Positions 30,001-38,043 of a stretch of DNA of 42,188 nucleotides are shown piece after piece. The position numbers and the translations under genes were made by a program. The notes under the pieces were generated by a model. It worked only from the letters and a program-made list of their open reading frames with translations. It ran no database searches and was not told the origin of the DNA. The DNA is taken from the IMG/VR virus record IMGVR_UViG_3300006118_000017, positions 1 through 42,188 of that record; one strand, given 5' to 3'. This DNA comes from a virus. Lineage: Duplodnaviria; Caudoviricetes. Position 1 is the stretch's first letter; each line of letters starts with the position of its first letter.

Positions 30001-32732
30001 ATAACGGAACTATAACCACTAAGACCGTCATGCTCAACGCAGGCGAGCGTGTGTATATCGAAATGCCTGCGGCAAGGGCATGGACGACAAAGGGCTTCGT
30101 TACACAACCAGCGATGACCGCAAGTGGCATCATCACGCAGCCCTTCTACTTTGGCAGCACAACGATCCACATGACGGTCCTTTTGCCGTCACGGAGCGGT
30201 ATCTTGCCTGCTCTGAGCCGCATTTACTACGACTACTCAGAGAAGCCAACCGCTCAAAAGCGCATTGTCTTTGATCGCACCATCGGGGCTAAGGGTTCAC
30301 CATTGGACGGCGGAACAATCTTGTTCCAAACGACACAGACATTCGGGGCGGTTTCAGCAACCAAGGTTGTGACCAACACGCCGGTCAAGCACTCCACGGT
30401 GTCCTATGTTCCTCATGCTCAGACCTGCGTGGTGGACTACTACACCCAACCCATCACTGCCACCGGAACGGCAGGGGTTTGGAACGGATCAACCTTCGCC
30501 ACCCTCTCTGCCACGCTGAGCGGCCTCTCCTTCACCGGGAACATCACCTCCGGCAGTTCGGGGGTCACGGGTGTTTCGAGCACGGCGGGGCTTGCCGTCG
30601 GACAGCAGATTTTCGGGTTCGGCGTTCTGCCCAACACTTACATCTCGGCAGTCGGAACCGGCACGATTTCACTGTCCACCACCGCCACGACCTCTGCTAC
30701 GGCGAACATCATGGCTTCCAACCCCACTTTCAACGCCTTCCAGTTCGCCTCGATCCCCGGAAGCGTTGCCGTCGGCAGCACCATTGTCGCTCCGGGGCTT
30801 CCAAATGGTTCTGTGGTGGCTGGCATCACGGGCACAGTCGTCACCTTCACGAGCAACATCACCGATGGCTACAGCCAAGGAGCCGGATCGGTCAGTTTCA
30901 GCGACATTGACCAGACCACCGGTGTTCCAAAGAACCCGTTGATTACCCAAACGGTGAGTTTCATCACCTCGTCGCAAACGGTTATTCCAGCAGGTTCGAC
31001 GACCATTCCTGTCCGTGGCTTCAAGCCGAGCGGGACATTCCCCGCCTACAGCGCAGTTCGCATCAACTATCCCGCTCTGTATGGCGATTATGCGATGGCG
31101 GTCACCGCAACTACCGGTGGAACGGCTGCTTACGCTGAGGTCACCACCCACACGGCAGGACAGTTGCTCAGCGATATCCAAAAGGGTGTGTTCAACCCGG
31201 CGGCGGTTCCGGTCAAGGCAGGACAAACCTATGCCCTCTCGGCATGGACGCAGGTGATCTCCTCTACTGCGGTTCCTACCTTTGCTCTGTATGTGGACTG
31301 GTATGCCTCGAACGGCACGCTGCTTTCCACCTCAGATGGAACGGCGTTCCTGACGAAAAACGGCAACACGACCACTTCCTCGGTGCAACCTTCCGTCAAC
31401 GCAGTTGGCAGTAGCCACGGACAGGGTTGGAGGCCGAACGCCATCGTCGCTGTCGCCCCGGCGAACGCCTACTACGCCATTCCTCGTATCAGGTGGAATA
31501 ACGTCACTACGGGTGGCGTGTATGGCCTCTCCGGCATCATGTTCAAGGCGGTGGCAAGTCAAGCCCTCGACCTCAACGGAACGGCGCAGACGAGCAACAT
31601 CGGCGGCTCGACTTCGCTTCCTGTCCTCGGCTCAACGGTTGACCCAACCAACGGAACCGTTGCTTCTGCGATCAACATTCCGACCACCACTCCGGTCAGT
31701 GGCTACAACACTCTGTTCGTCTTTGACCCCGCCAACGACAACAACTCTCGTGAAATGATCCAAGGCGGCTCGGACTCCTTCATCAAGACCAGCCTGACGG
31801 CAACTGCAAATGCCGGTGATACCACGATTACCGTTGGCAAGACCCTTGGCATGGGCGTTGGAGCGTTGCTCTACCTGAACATCGGTGGATCGCTCTACGA
31901 AACTGTGACCATTGACCCGGCGTGGGACGGCAGCAAGACCGTCACGATTTCAGCACCCCTCACCTACACGCACGGGGTAAACAGTTCGGTCACCGGTTAT
32001 GCCGCAGGACTTTCGACCGGAGTGGCAAAGGTGCAGCCAAAGGGCGGCCTTGTCGCAGCCCTCAACTGGTCATACGACGGGTATGTGAACCAAACCATCG
32101 ACACCTACGCCTACAACGTCCAAAAGTCGGTTGATGGCGGGACATCTTGGTACACGCTCCGCAACGGCGGTTATGTAGTTGCAACGGGAACGGGATTTGC
32201 CACGATCACCGACTACGAGGCAGTCCCCGGACAGGCGACGCTCTACCGTGCGCTCCCATCGGTGCTGAAAAACGGTGGCAAGACGGCAGTTGCCGGTCCG
32301 GTTTCAGCAGGTTCGTCACCCACAACTCCGATGACCAGCCAGACATGGTGGATCGCCGACAGTTCTAACCCGACCCGTCGCTACCCGATCAACGTGCAGA
32401 ATGGCTACACCGAGACGCAAAAGCACCCCTCTGGTGTGTTCTACCCACTCGGTTCTAGCCGCCCGTATGTCGTCTCTGGTGTCGTGCAGGGTCGAGATGG
32501 CGATATCAAGGTGATTTGGACTGACCTCGCCAACTGGGACAACTTCCTGAACCTGCTCAACTCAGGGAACATCTTGATCCTGACCAACCCGGTCGAGGCG
32601 ACACGCTCCTACATCTTCATCAACCAAGATGTGCAATACACCCACAACGCCGCCGCAAGCCCCTATCGTGAGGTGGAAATCCAATACGTCGAGGCCGCAC
32701 CTCCGGGCTTTGGCTATTCCTACGGGAGTTAG
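24009..32732 (+). CDS. Giant tail protein (2907 aa): many beta modules, a CBM-like domain and a C-terminal distal-tail-like domain
   Basis: Follows the tape measure gene; Thr/Gly/Ser-rich; VKAGQTYALSAW CBM-like segment; C-terminal GVFYPLGSSRPYVVSG..YVEAAPP. Confidence 0.8.
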   Translation: MRNYIANPNYSDVTDSPYWSVIGTTTPDAALADVTQLSVGLVPDDGVNYKAAHVEDLSKLLLGSTSLSVASWGQRGPSSAPLGNTVGVSTGDSGDPFIYVNDITQVQPGNTVAILEGTTGSHPISWTPAVSTDDFMSEWLKARNVGLVPVVSPMSAYTTTATLLPSSGTSLSASLKPLYNFDDYDNGGTSEYVPTPDNVGATKTAGTQIPSFYITTSGDTQAQANVQTGLGLSDWNPSGYNVVSVAVSTAAATIVISGSTTFTNAAGAIKGLTGGQMVTLAIESTNVGWNAGTITGVTGSGSTWTITTDLTTFTTGAGSTGLGAVPYYWTLPATAMSSTSAVPTTVSVTATGSTGSNLISVSSSTTNLAVGQMLTFASGVSPLVCEIIGISGSQYIISGTASGTGTITGTAQNVVAFTATVEDNDAVTKQPDFVLKNGVNIFGCEPLMAPYYATTYTDIYGIYTPTLPSGVHVAPVGSHYGQDLYFPVQFSNYYSTPVANFQSMTPTTISGWTPVTANGSAGGSAYTVYVDSVANIYPGQKLTFRSDFTPNTNVMNVQTTNGSAAVNIQGGWNKPFTAEYDVSYYQVLPGQQLLGLGGVIGSSVQTVGAATEDALTISPNAGQYHTSSPVRLTTKGKYLYSWQVYSVNTANNSFIIYNSSQSYTHQPGSYPNGDSQNAIYQYDPLVTSGAVFDLVTSGTTGAGVVGLISNVVGNHATGTFVAAYEEGPRYLGTSATGDLEAITPSFIGTRVGSVLDQNAPAGSTYIIVSPNPTTATGTFGASNYNAYGNSGNGGFVPLVNNGTTYTFTGNCYDGSTSITGITPTTGLAVGQEIAVASSQGSFPSGTEITAISKNTLTVSQAFVGPTVGPTGGISDIPNNTLTATANSLYTIVVGQGSDQELVALVPPSNSISTSLGQPLDGSANINQPMVWYLATGQSLQNDHPAGEIVTTPNFTYSAGGSTTSHAQYTPVLGSPDLGTIYTVSGGTDYVQTNALVASNNSNQIAINAQVTLEVDDPWEVSGLGGDPNISTALTSPSVAGDTQISFGDNGGFPTTLPNVLNASFSYQPPALGLLNGAAAAGATYFTINLTSEVPAAFPFTVTMGTGSATVGTMSLIATGSTGGTFIAQLQSTTINGFAITSGSSVATVGSTAGISTGQVVTGNGIPNGTTVASIGAGSVTFSATASLTAQVALTFTKTLSASHPDMTPVILSTLPANVGYHKVEVPSFYLWKSDGSDAGFHLTNPSTNYTSINTTPLPCAIPVNSTLYLRYGAYVDSFYTATGAAAGATGFAIQASSGSTAGYTPSSNFPTSIGSSGSLTTVGAVVTVGLTSDLEPEQEIFLTDGTNIVPITVSAYTPSISTSIPTLQYSTLVDIAAGSTFIAPPSIVIDSGADLEVAYPLTVPAAAGSNWTVQLAAGLTYNHNVGAPVSYYAWPSNIQTGMVTYRPDYGEFVMWDGERWRQARVNYVQTMLSILGAVGGRDQTNISLYDAATGVASTPDTFSNTLSTAFTVYYGGARNNDPNGNEWTGDTLSAIQLQLKVQVPQSRQVAFRSLGLNVQYKSQPVVRQVHLTPADNLRLDENQHTAVSWLYTDLDKDQQAGWEVKIFTDTTVTREDFDPTTSTPFWSASGADASSEVSLDASHGYTSGMRYWAYVRVAKKFRGSLWYSEWQSNPFVPNVKQPQPPLVMVYGDNNNAVNTVTIQSTDNLLAPDNGAFTNSLGTWTATHNDSIAGMLSSIATTSKVDEILGVVTSIPVGAVGYVTTRGALSGTGTGTFVVSGNTGGGADALGFPITGRFWVTIGTEQILVTNKVDGNNSGDTFQIVTRGYNGTTPASHNAGSTVTFGLQQPVYTGSNLELSYTEKIVKNWTTTNTSVRWVGGSAGVTRTNTTASFHIVGGSGKTAIIVDSPGITRNGWDGQQVTLQFPNVLYVDAVLFGLSSQPTVSQTAVIRSVTQIMTQNPPPVGIAMTILSDFITKGSYTVRAEVPQQSILGVPVCHNGTITTKTVMLNAGERVYIEMPAARAWTTKGFVTQPAMTASGIITQPFYFGSTTIHMTVLLPSRSGILPALSRIYYDYSEKPTAQKRIVFDRTIGAKGSPLDGGTILFQTTQTFGAVSATKVVTNTPVKHSTVSYVPHAQTCVVDYYTQPITATGTAGVWNGSTFATLSATLSGLSFTGNITSGSSGVTGVSSTAGLAVGQQIFGFGVLPNTYISAVGTGTISLSTTATTSATANIMASNPTFNAFQFASIPGSVAVGSTIVAPGLPNGSVVAGITGTVVTFTSNITDGYSQGAGSVSFSDIDQTTGVPKNPLITQTVSFITSSQTVIPAGSTTIPVRGFKPSGTFPAYSAVRINYPALYGDYAMAVTATTGGTAAYAEVTTHTAGQLLSDIQKGVFNPAAVPVKAGQTYALSAWTQVISSTAVPTFALYVDWYASNGTLLSTSDGTAFLTKNGNTTTSSVQPSVNAVGSSHGQGWRPNAIVAVAPANAYYAIPRIRWNNVTTGGVYGLSGIMFKAVASQALDLNGTAQTSNIGGSTSLPVLGSTVDPTNGTVASAINIPTTTPVSGYNTLFVFDPANDNNSREMIQGGSDSFIKTSLTATANAGDTTITVGKTLGMGVGALLYLNIGGSLYETVTIDPAWDGSKTVTISAPLTYTHGVNSSVTGYAAGLSTGVAKVQPKGGLVAALNWSYDGYVNQTIDTYAYNVQKSVDGGTSWYTLRNGGYVVATGTGFATITDYEAVPGQATLYRALPSVLKNGGKTAVAGPVSAGSSPTTPMTSQTWWIADSSNPTRRYPINVQNGYTETQKHPSGVFYPLGSSRPYVVSGVVQGRDGDIKVIWTDLANWDNFLNLLNSGNILILTNPVEATRSYIFINQDVQYTHNAAASPYREVEIQYVEAAPPGFGYSYGS

Positions 32733-32734
32733 TC

Positions 32735-34441
32735 GTGTATCCAGCAAGTCAAAAGTTCTTTGAGGCGGTCAAGGGATCGCACCGAGCCATGATTATCGTC
32801 AAGGCGTTGTCCACTGACGGCACTTGGTATAACCTGCCCGTCGTTTCGGGGTCGGTCAAGATTGACCAAACTAGCCAAGATGTTCGGCGCACCGTAGAAC
32901 TCACCCTTGACGACGAGCGGTATGTTCCGGTGAAATCCACAGACCCGCTCAGCATCTACGGCAACCACCTTTACATCTACCGAGGCGTGGTGTGGGATTT
33001 GACCAAAGTGGGAACAGGGGTTATTGACGCTCGCCCGCCGCTGACGGGTGATCTGTTGCAGCCAAAAAGCGGGGCATACGAACTCGTCCCTTGCGGCGTG
33101 TTCCGCATCACTGATACGACTGTGGAGGAAGATGAGGACGGGAAAATCACGATCACCGTCAACGGCTCCGACCTCGCCCTGAACATCAAACTGAACGCTT
33201 GGACGGCCCCGACAACGGTTTGGACTTCGCCCTATACCCCGCCGGTCGTGAACACCAACCAAGCCGGTTTCACCCCCTACACGCAGCACGAAACCACCTA
33301 CGTCGCTCAGACCTTCCTCGAAGCCATCAAGTTGCTTATCAAAGACCGGTGGCCTCCATACTGCTATAGCGTGTTCGGACCGCCTGAGTTTGAGGTGACG
33401 GGTGTTGTGGACGCAAAACTGACCCAACCTGTCGTCATGGGTTCGGTAAGTTTTTCACCATCGGGAGCCGGTTCGCCGTGGAACGACATTTCCAGCCTCG
33501 CCGCCGGTGTGAATGGGCAGTTATACATTGACGCTGTTGGACGCTTCACCGTGGCGCAACTCCCTGACCCGTCAACCATTGAGCCGGTATGGGATTACAT
33601 GGACGGGGAGGGCGGGCTACTGACCAAAGTGACCCGCAAGATCGACAGTTCCAAAGCCGTGAACTACGTCATCGCCACAGGTGAAAACACGATTACCTCA
33701 CTGCCATTCCGAGCGATTGCCGTGGACTCCGACCCCAACTCCCCCACCTACTACCTCGGCCCCTTCGGGCGGGTTGTCGGTCGTGAACCGGGTCGGAAGC
33801 GTCTCCAAAGCCAAAAGCAGACCCAAAACGCCGCCAACCTCTACCTCAACTGGTTCGTAGGCGGCGATGAGAGCGTCACCGTGGAGGGTGTGTGTAATCC
33901 TGCCCTCGACGTGGGCGATGTGATCCGTGTGCGCCGGAAGCGTCTCGGCATCTTCCAGCCCGATCAAGTCATCACCGACTTGGCGGCGGATTTCCCCAAC
34001 GGCTCCGACCTCAGCCCCGGAACCATCGTGCCGCAGGTCATCGACGCAGAGGACTACGCCGACCCACAGCCGCCGACGAACACGGGGGAATACATCATCA
34101 GCGAACTCAAAGTGGACCCGCTGCTCTTGCCGCTGAAAAAGGGGCAGACGGTCATTCTCTACACCAACGTCACCACGAACTCCGTGACCGTGACCGAGCA
34201 CTGCCCGCAGGGCGCAACCGTCATTCCCGTCAAGCCATTTCACCCCAAAATCCAGTATCGTAAGGGCACGATGATCCTCGACCCGCTGCTCGTTCCAAAC
34301 GCCGGTGCGGTGCCCTACTACATCGACCAAATCACCATTCCGCTCGACCTCGACAGTCCGGTGCAAATCACCGCCCGTGAGCGTCGCATCGGAACCAAGG
34401 AAGATGCAGCCCGCATCTCCGAATACACGATTGGCTACTGA
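32735..34441 (+). CDS. DUF5047-like tail hub/baseplate protein
   Basis: YPASQKFFEAVKGSH, LPVVSGSV, DPLSIYGN.L.IYRGV, ELVPCGVFRI, DPNSPTYYLGPFGRV, NPALDVGDVI. Confidence 0.82.
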   Translation: MYPASQKFFEAVKGSHRAMIIVKALSTDGTWYNLPVVSGSVKIDQTSQDVRRTVELTLDDERYVPVKSTDPLSIYGNHLYIYRGVVWDLTKVGTGVIDARPPLTGDLLQPKSGAYELVPCGVFRITDTTVEEDEDGKITITVNGSDLALNIKLNAWTAPTTVWTSPYTPPVVNTNQAGFTPYTQHETTYVAQTFLEAIKLLIKDRWPPYCYSVFGPPEFEVTGVVDAKLTQPVVMGSVSFSPSGAGSPWNDISSLAAGVNGQLYIDAVGRFTVAQLPDPSTIEPVWDYMDGEGGLLTKVTRKIDSSKAVNYVIATGENTITSLPFRAIAVDSDPNSPTYYLGPFGRVVGREPGRKRLQSQKQTQNAANLYLNWFVGGDESVTVEGVCNPALDVGDVIRVRRKRLGIFQPDQVITDLAADFPNGSDLSPGTIVPQVIDAEDYADPQPPTNTGEYIISELKVDPLLLPLKKGQTVILYTNVTTNSVTVTEHCPQGATVIPVKPFHPKIQYRKGTMILDPLLVPNAGAVPYYIDQITIPLDLDSPVQITARERRIGTKEDAARISEYTIGY

Positions 34442-34442
34442 A

Positions 34443-36050
34443 ATGTCTTTCGGCGGCAGTTTTGGAACCGTGTTCGATTACCGCAAGTTGGCAACCTCGC
34501 TGCTGTATAACAACCAGTGGCATACCCCGCCGTCAGACACGATCCGCATGGGCATCGTGGTCGGCTACGACCCGAACTGGCAGAGCGACACCGAAACCTA
34601 CTCCCACCCCTTCCTGAGTATCCAAATGGAGGGCGACAGCGGACCGATGCACGGCTTCCGGTTCTTGGAGAGTTACATTCCAAAAATCGGAGACACCGTT
34701 TGGGTTGTTTGGTCGGGCGAGGACGCTTGGGTGCTCGGAGCGTTGGCAGGTTCCAACATCTACGATCAAGGTTCAACCCTCAACGGCAAGAACGGCACGA
34801 TCCAGCGCAAGCGTTCCCCTATGACCCTCATTGGGCATCAGGCGTTTTTGGAAATCACCGCCGTCGCAGGGACGGGCGCTACCGGGGTCACGACAGTCGT
34901 TCCTCCGGGCATGACCGGCACCTATCCCGGAGCGACCTGCTACCGGCTCGACGCTACGGGCTTGGAGACAGACTTTTTACCAAACCGCATCTATCGAGCC
35001 GAAGCCACCCTGCGGTTCAAGATCAATGGTGCCGCCCCCTATTACCAAGGCTCGACGGCGGCTGTTCCTGCCGGAAATGTTGCCAATGCTGGCACGATTT
35101 CAGCAAACAGCGTTTCGATCACCTCGACCGCAAGCACGGGAACCAATCCCTTCGGCGGGATCATGATGTGGGGGCGTATCCGAAACGGCACAGGCTCCAC
35201 CTATTCGCTTACCTATGGTGGGCAGACCTACTACGCCAACCAAGTGATCCAAAACTTGACCGGGCACGGTTCGGGACTGACGAACCTACTCAGCGAGCCG
35301 GGCACGACAACGGTTATGGGATACGGGATACCTTTCAACACGCAACTTGCGGTCCAGCAAGTTTTCACTGATGCCTCACAGGTAGGCGGGTTGTGGAACC
35401 CTCAGCCTCCTTTCGTCATCATGAATAACGCATTTAGCATCAACGATGCCACCAACTCATCTACCATCGCCGCTATTGGAAACGAATACCCAGTTGGAGA
35501 CAACAACGGATCGCCGGGTGCGACCGCTACGGTCTTTTCCGCAAGCGACGGCGATAGCAGCGTCATGCACAACCAGCCCTACATCTTCCAAAACGTCGGG
35601 AGCATCACCAGCACGGGAGCCGTCGGCATCACCTATCCGAACCCCCTCGTGACGGTAGGAGGCAGCACAGCCACGATCCCGACCTCCTCGAAGAAGAGCC
35701 TCGTGTCCATCGGTGTCCTCACGCCGACCAACACCTACCAACCCCAAGCCCACTACGAGGAAATGCAACTCCTCGATGTGACCGGCACACCGGACGGCAC
35801 CTACTTTACGATCCACTGCTCTACGACCTTCTGGGTGACCCCGACGAATCAAATCGTTGGCGGCAGTTGGGTCGGACTGAACACGACCGGACCGACGAAC
35901 GAGTGGTATCTGGCGGTCATTCCAAACGGCACATCAGGCAGCGTGCCCACCGTGACCTTCACCGCAGCGAGCAACCCAAATAACGACCCCTCGTTGCAAC
36001 TCGACGACACGCAGCGGTTCGTGATCTACGACTGCGGCGTGGCTCAGTAG
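34443..36050 (+). CDS. Minor tail / tip protein with N-terminal OB-like domain
   Basis: ATG 34443 directly after the hub gene stop; SYIPKIGDTVWV..AWVLG. Confidence 0.7.
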   Translation: MSFGGSFGTVFDYRKLATSLLYNNQWHTPPSDTIRMGIVVGYDPNWQSDTETYSHPFLSIQMEGDSGPMHGFRFLESYIPKIGDTVWVVWSGEDAWVLGALAGSNIYDQGSTLNGKNGTIQRKRSPMTLIGHQAFLEITAVAGTGATGVTTVVPPGMTGTYPGATCYRLDATGLETDFLPNRIYRAEATLRFKINGAAPYYQGSTAAVPAGNVANAGTISANSVSITSTASTGTNPFGGIMMWGRIRNGTGSTYSLTYGGQTYYANQVIQNLTGHGSGLTNLLSEPGTTTVMGYGIPFNTQLAVQQVFTDASQVGGLWNPQPPFVIMNNAFSINDATNSSTIAAIGNEYPVGDNNGSPGATATVFSASDGDSSVMHNQPYIFQNVGSITSTGAVGITYPNPLVTVGGSTATIPTSSKKSLVSIGVLTPTNTYQPQAHYEEMQLLDVTGTPDGTYFTIHCSTTFWVTPTNQIVGGSWVGLNTTGPTNEWYLAVIPNGTSGSVPTVTFTAASNPNNDPSLQLDDTQRFVIYDCGVAQ

Positions 36051-36087
36051 CACACGACATTTGGAAAGTTGCATCTAAACTTTCAGC

Positions 36088-36447
36088 ATGGCGGCTACCT
36101 CTCAACCTTATGTTTTGGCAGCCGTCATCTCGGCGGTGCCTGCCACGCTTGCCGCTACCTCAGCGTGGTATTCAGCCCATCGAGGTCGTAAGGAAAGTCT
36201 CGACGGCGATGCCAACATCGTCGGCAGTATGGGACTCCTGCAAGAGAGCGTGGCTCGGTTCGACACCCGCTTCGAGCGCATCGAAACTCACTTTGAGCGC
36301 ATCGATTTGCGGTTCGATGGGATCGAGGATAAGGTGGAGCGTCACCTCGGTTGGCATCGTGCCGAAGCCGAGGGCGACCTCACCCAAGCCCTCTCAAAGG
36401 AGACTGCCCATGACCAACCCCAGCACCGCTACATCCCCAACGACTAA
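36088..36447 (+). CDS. Membrane-anchored coiled-coil protein (lysis-region type)
   Basis: N-terminal TM helix, F/I heptads, VERHLGWH; leaderless -10 TAAACT at 36076-36081. Confidence 0.72.
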   Translation: MAATSQPYVLAAVISAVPATLAATSAWYSAHRGRKESLDGDANIVGSMGLLQESVARFDTRFERIETHFERIDLRFDGIEDKVERHLGWHRAEAEGDLTQALSKETAHDQPQHRYIPND

Positions 36448-36706
36448 GCCGCTCGTCGATCCAAAGGCTCTGGGAGCCACTGTCGTCCGCTATGTCGTCC
36501 CCGCCGTTGTCGGCCTGCTCGTCTCGTGGGCAGCAAAGGTGGGCTTCACCCTGACCCCCACGCAGGCGTTCGCCTACGTCGCTCCGGCTGTGGCAACTGC
36601 CTACAGCACCGTCCTGCACTTTGCCGAGGCGAAGGTTCCCGCCCTCGGGCTTCTCATGGGAGCGAAGCGTCCCGCCAGCCTGAACAAGGTTGCGCCCAAG
36701 GCGTAG
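36410..36706 (+). CDS. Putative holin (98 aa)
   Basis: ATG 36410 after AAGGAG; VRYVVPAVVGLLVSW, two TM helices, AEAKVPALGLLMGAKRP. Confidence 0.72.
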   Translation: MTNPSTATSPTTKPLVDPKALGATVVRYVVPAVVGLLVSWAAKVGFTLTPTQAFAYVAPAVATAYSTVLHFAEAKVPALGLLMGAKRPASLNKVAPKA

Positions 36707-36724
36707 CCGTAGTATCATCACGCC

Positions 36725-36768
36725 GCAAAGCCGGTGGGCTAGGGTTCGTCCCGCCCACCGGCTTTTGC
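36725..36768. terminator. Bidirectional terminator between convergent operons
   Basis: GCAAAGCCGGTGGGC...GCCCACCGGCTTTTGC. Confidence 0.85.
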
Positions 36769-36989
36769 TATCGCTCGACCGGCGCAGTCCGCACGGTGAG
36801 CAGTTGGGTCGTCCCCAAGTTCGTGTGGCGGACCGGCTGCGTGAACACCGATCCGCCCTTCTCGACGGCATCGCCCATCGCCACGAAGTCGTTGCGCTCT
36901 AGCCAAGCAGGCAAGTCAGCGTCCGCTTCCAAAACCGCCATGAACACATCGCCGAACCAGAGCACTCGAACATCGTGGGTGGTGGTCAC
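36768..36989 (-). CDS. Hypothetical protein (73 aa)
   Basis: GTG start 1 nt after the TGA of the duplicated gam 3' end; ends at the terminator. Confidence 0.55.
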   Translation of the reverse strand: MTTTHDVRVLWFGDVFMAVLEADADLPAWLERNDFVAMGDAVEKGGSVFTQPVRHTNLGTTQLLTVRTAPVER

Positions 36990-37458
36990 CTCAGCCAGCC
37001 ACCTTCACGCTGACTGAGATGCCACCCTCGGTGTGTTGCAGGCCATCCACCACTGCGCCGGTGAGATGGTCATGCTTGCTCCTTCAAGAAGGTGATGAGC
37101 AGTGCCAAGTCATCGTCCGGGATGTCTTGGTCGTTCTCCTCTGCGGTCTCGGTCAGGTACTCAAGCATCGACAGCAGGGTCTTGACTTGCGGAGCGTTGG
37201 CCTTGATGACTCCCTTGACCGGCTCAAAGCCGATGCTCGATGGCATCACGTCCACCAGTTCGCAGGCGAGCATGACGCTCTCGGCCACGTCCCGGTTCAG
37301 GAAGATGTAGGTGTTGTCTTTCATTGGTCTGCTCCTTGGTTGGTTGCTGCTACACATACTGTCCCACCGATGAGCCGGCGAGACAACTCGGTTGCTAGAT
37401 CTGCTGCTCAGCCAGCCACCTTCACGCTGACTGAGATGCCACCCTCGGTGTGTTGCAG
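36990..37458. repeat. 52-bp perfect direct repeats (36990-37041 and 37407-37458) flanking a one-gene cassette
   Basis: ctcagccagccaccttcacgctgactgagatgccaccctcggtgtgttgcag occurs twice, 417 bp apart. Confidence 0.95.
37070..37324 (-). CDS. Acidic hypothetical protein (84 aa) inside the repeat-bounded cassette
   Basis: ATG 37324 after AAGGAG; MKDNTYIFLNRDVAES... Confidence 0.75.
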   Translation of the reverse strand: MKDNTYIFLNRDVAESVMLACELVDVMPSSIGFEPVKGVIKANAPQVKTLLSMLEYLTETAEENDQDIPDDDLALLITFLKEQA

Positions 37459-37980
37459 ACCGGCGATCTGAGAACCGGTGATCGGGTCAAGCACGGTGTC
37501 GCCCTCGAAGTCCACGACCTTCTTGATGGTCGCAACATCGGCCTCACGCTTCACCCTGATCCACTCGGAGTGACCGTTGGCTTCCGCCCATGCGAGAAAC
37601 GCCTCAGCGTCCGTGACCGCCACCTTCGATGGGGTCACACGAGAGGTCACCGCACCGTCGGGGAAGTCGATGCTCTTACGACCGTCCGCTTCGTTCTCAC
37701 GAACACGAATGAGGTAGTCGGAGAGCATGGCATCGAAGAACTCGACCTCGCTGCCGTCCTTCGCTGTGTGCGCTGCGACCCATGCGTTGATGCGGTCGAG
37801 TTGCACCTGCGCCTGACGCTTCACCTCGTCGAGCCTGCGCTGCGCCTGAGCGAGACGCTGCATCGCCCACATCGCTTCGTCGTCGTTGTTGATGACGAAC
37901 GCTGAAGTCTCGTCCACGAACCGCTCAGGCTGAGCCTCGCTCACGAGAAACTGATCCAAGTCCATGTCTGCGATGGTCAT
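37408..37980 (-). CDS. gam: Mu Gam-like host-nuclease inhibitor
   Basis: FVINNDDEAMWAMQRL..coiled coil..RINAW..KSIDFPDGAVTSR..WIRVKRE; ATG 37980 after GAAAGGCAGG. Confidence 0.82.
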   Translation of the reverse strand: MTIADMDLDQFLVSEAQPERFVDETSAFVINNDDEAMWAMQRLAQAQRRLDEVKRQAQVQLDRINAWVAAHTAKDGSEVEFFDAMLSDYLIRVRENEADGRKSIDFPDGAVTSRVTPSKVAVTDAEAFLAWAEANGHSEWIRVKREADVATIKKVVDFEGDTVLDPITGSQIAGLQHTEGGISVSVKVAG

Positions 37981-38020
37981 GGTTTCCTGCCTTTCTTGTT
38001 GGGTTGGGTTGTCGCTGTGA

Positions 38021-38042
38021 AGTGTGCCGGAGGGGTGTGGCA
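38021..38042 (-). promoter_or_regulatory. RecA-NDp/PafBC-like promoter motif upstream of gam
   Basis: TGCCAC-N10-CACACT on the minus strand. Confidence 0.45.
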
Positions 38043-38043
38043 T

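Noticed and set aside
36990-37458. Direct repeats as DGR template/variable repeats or an IS target duplication
   Set aside because: No reverse transcriptase or transposase; the repeats are identical and the flanking differences are not adenine-specific
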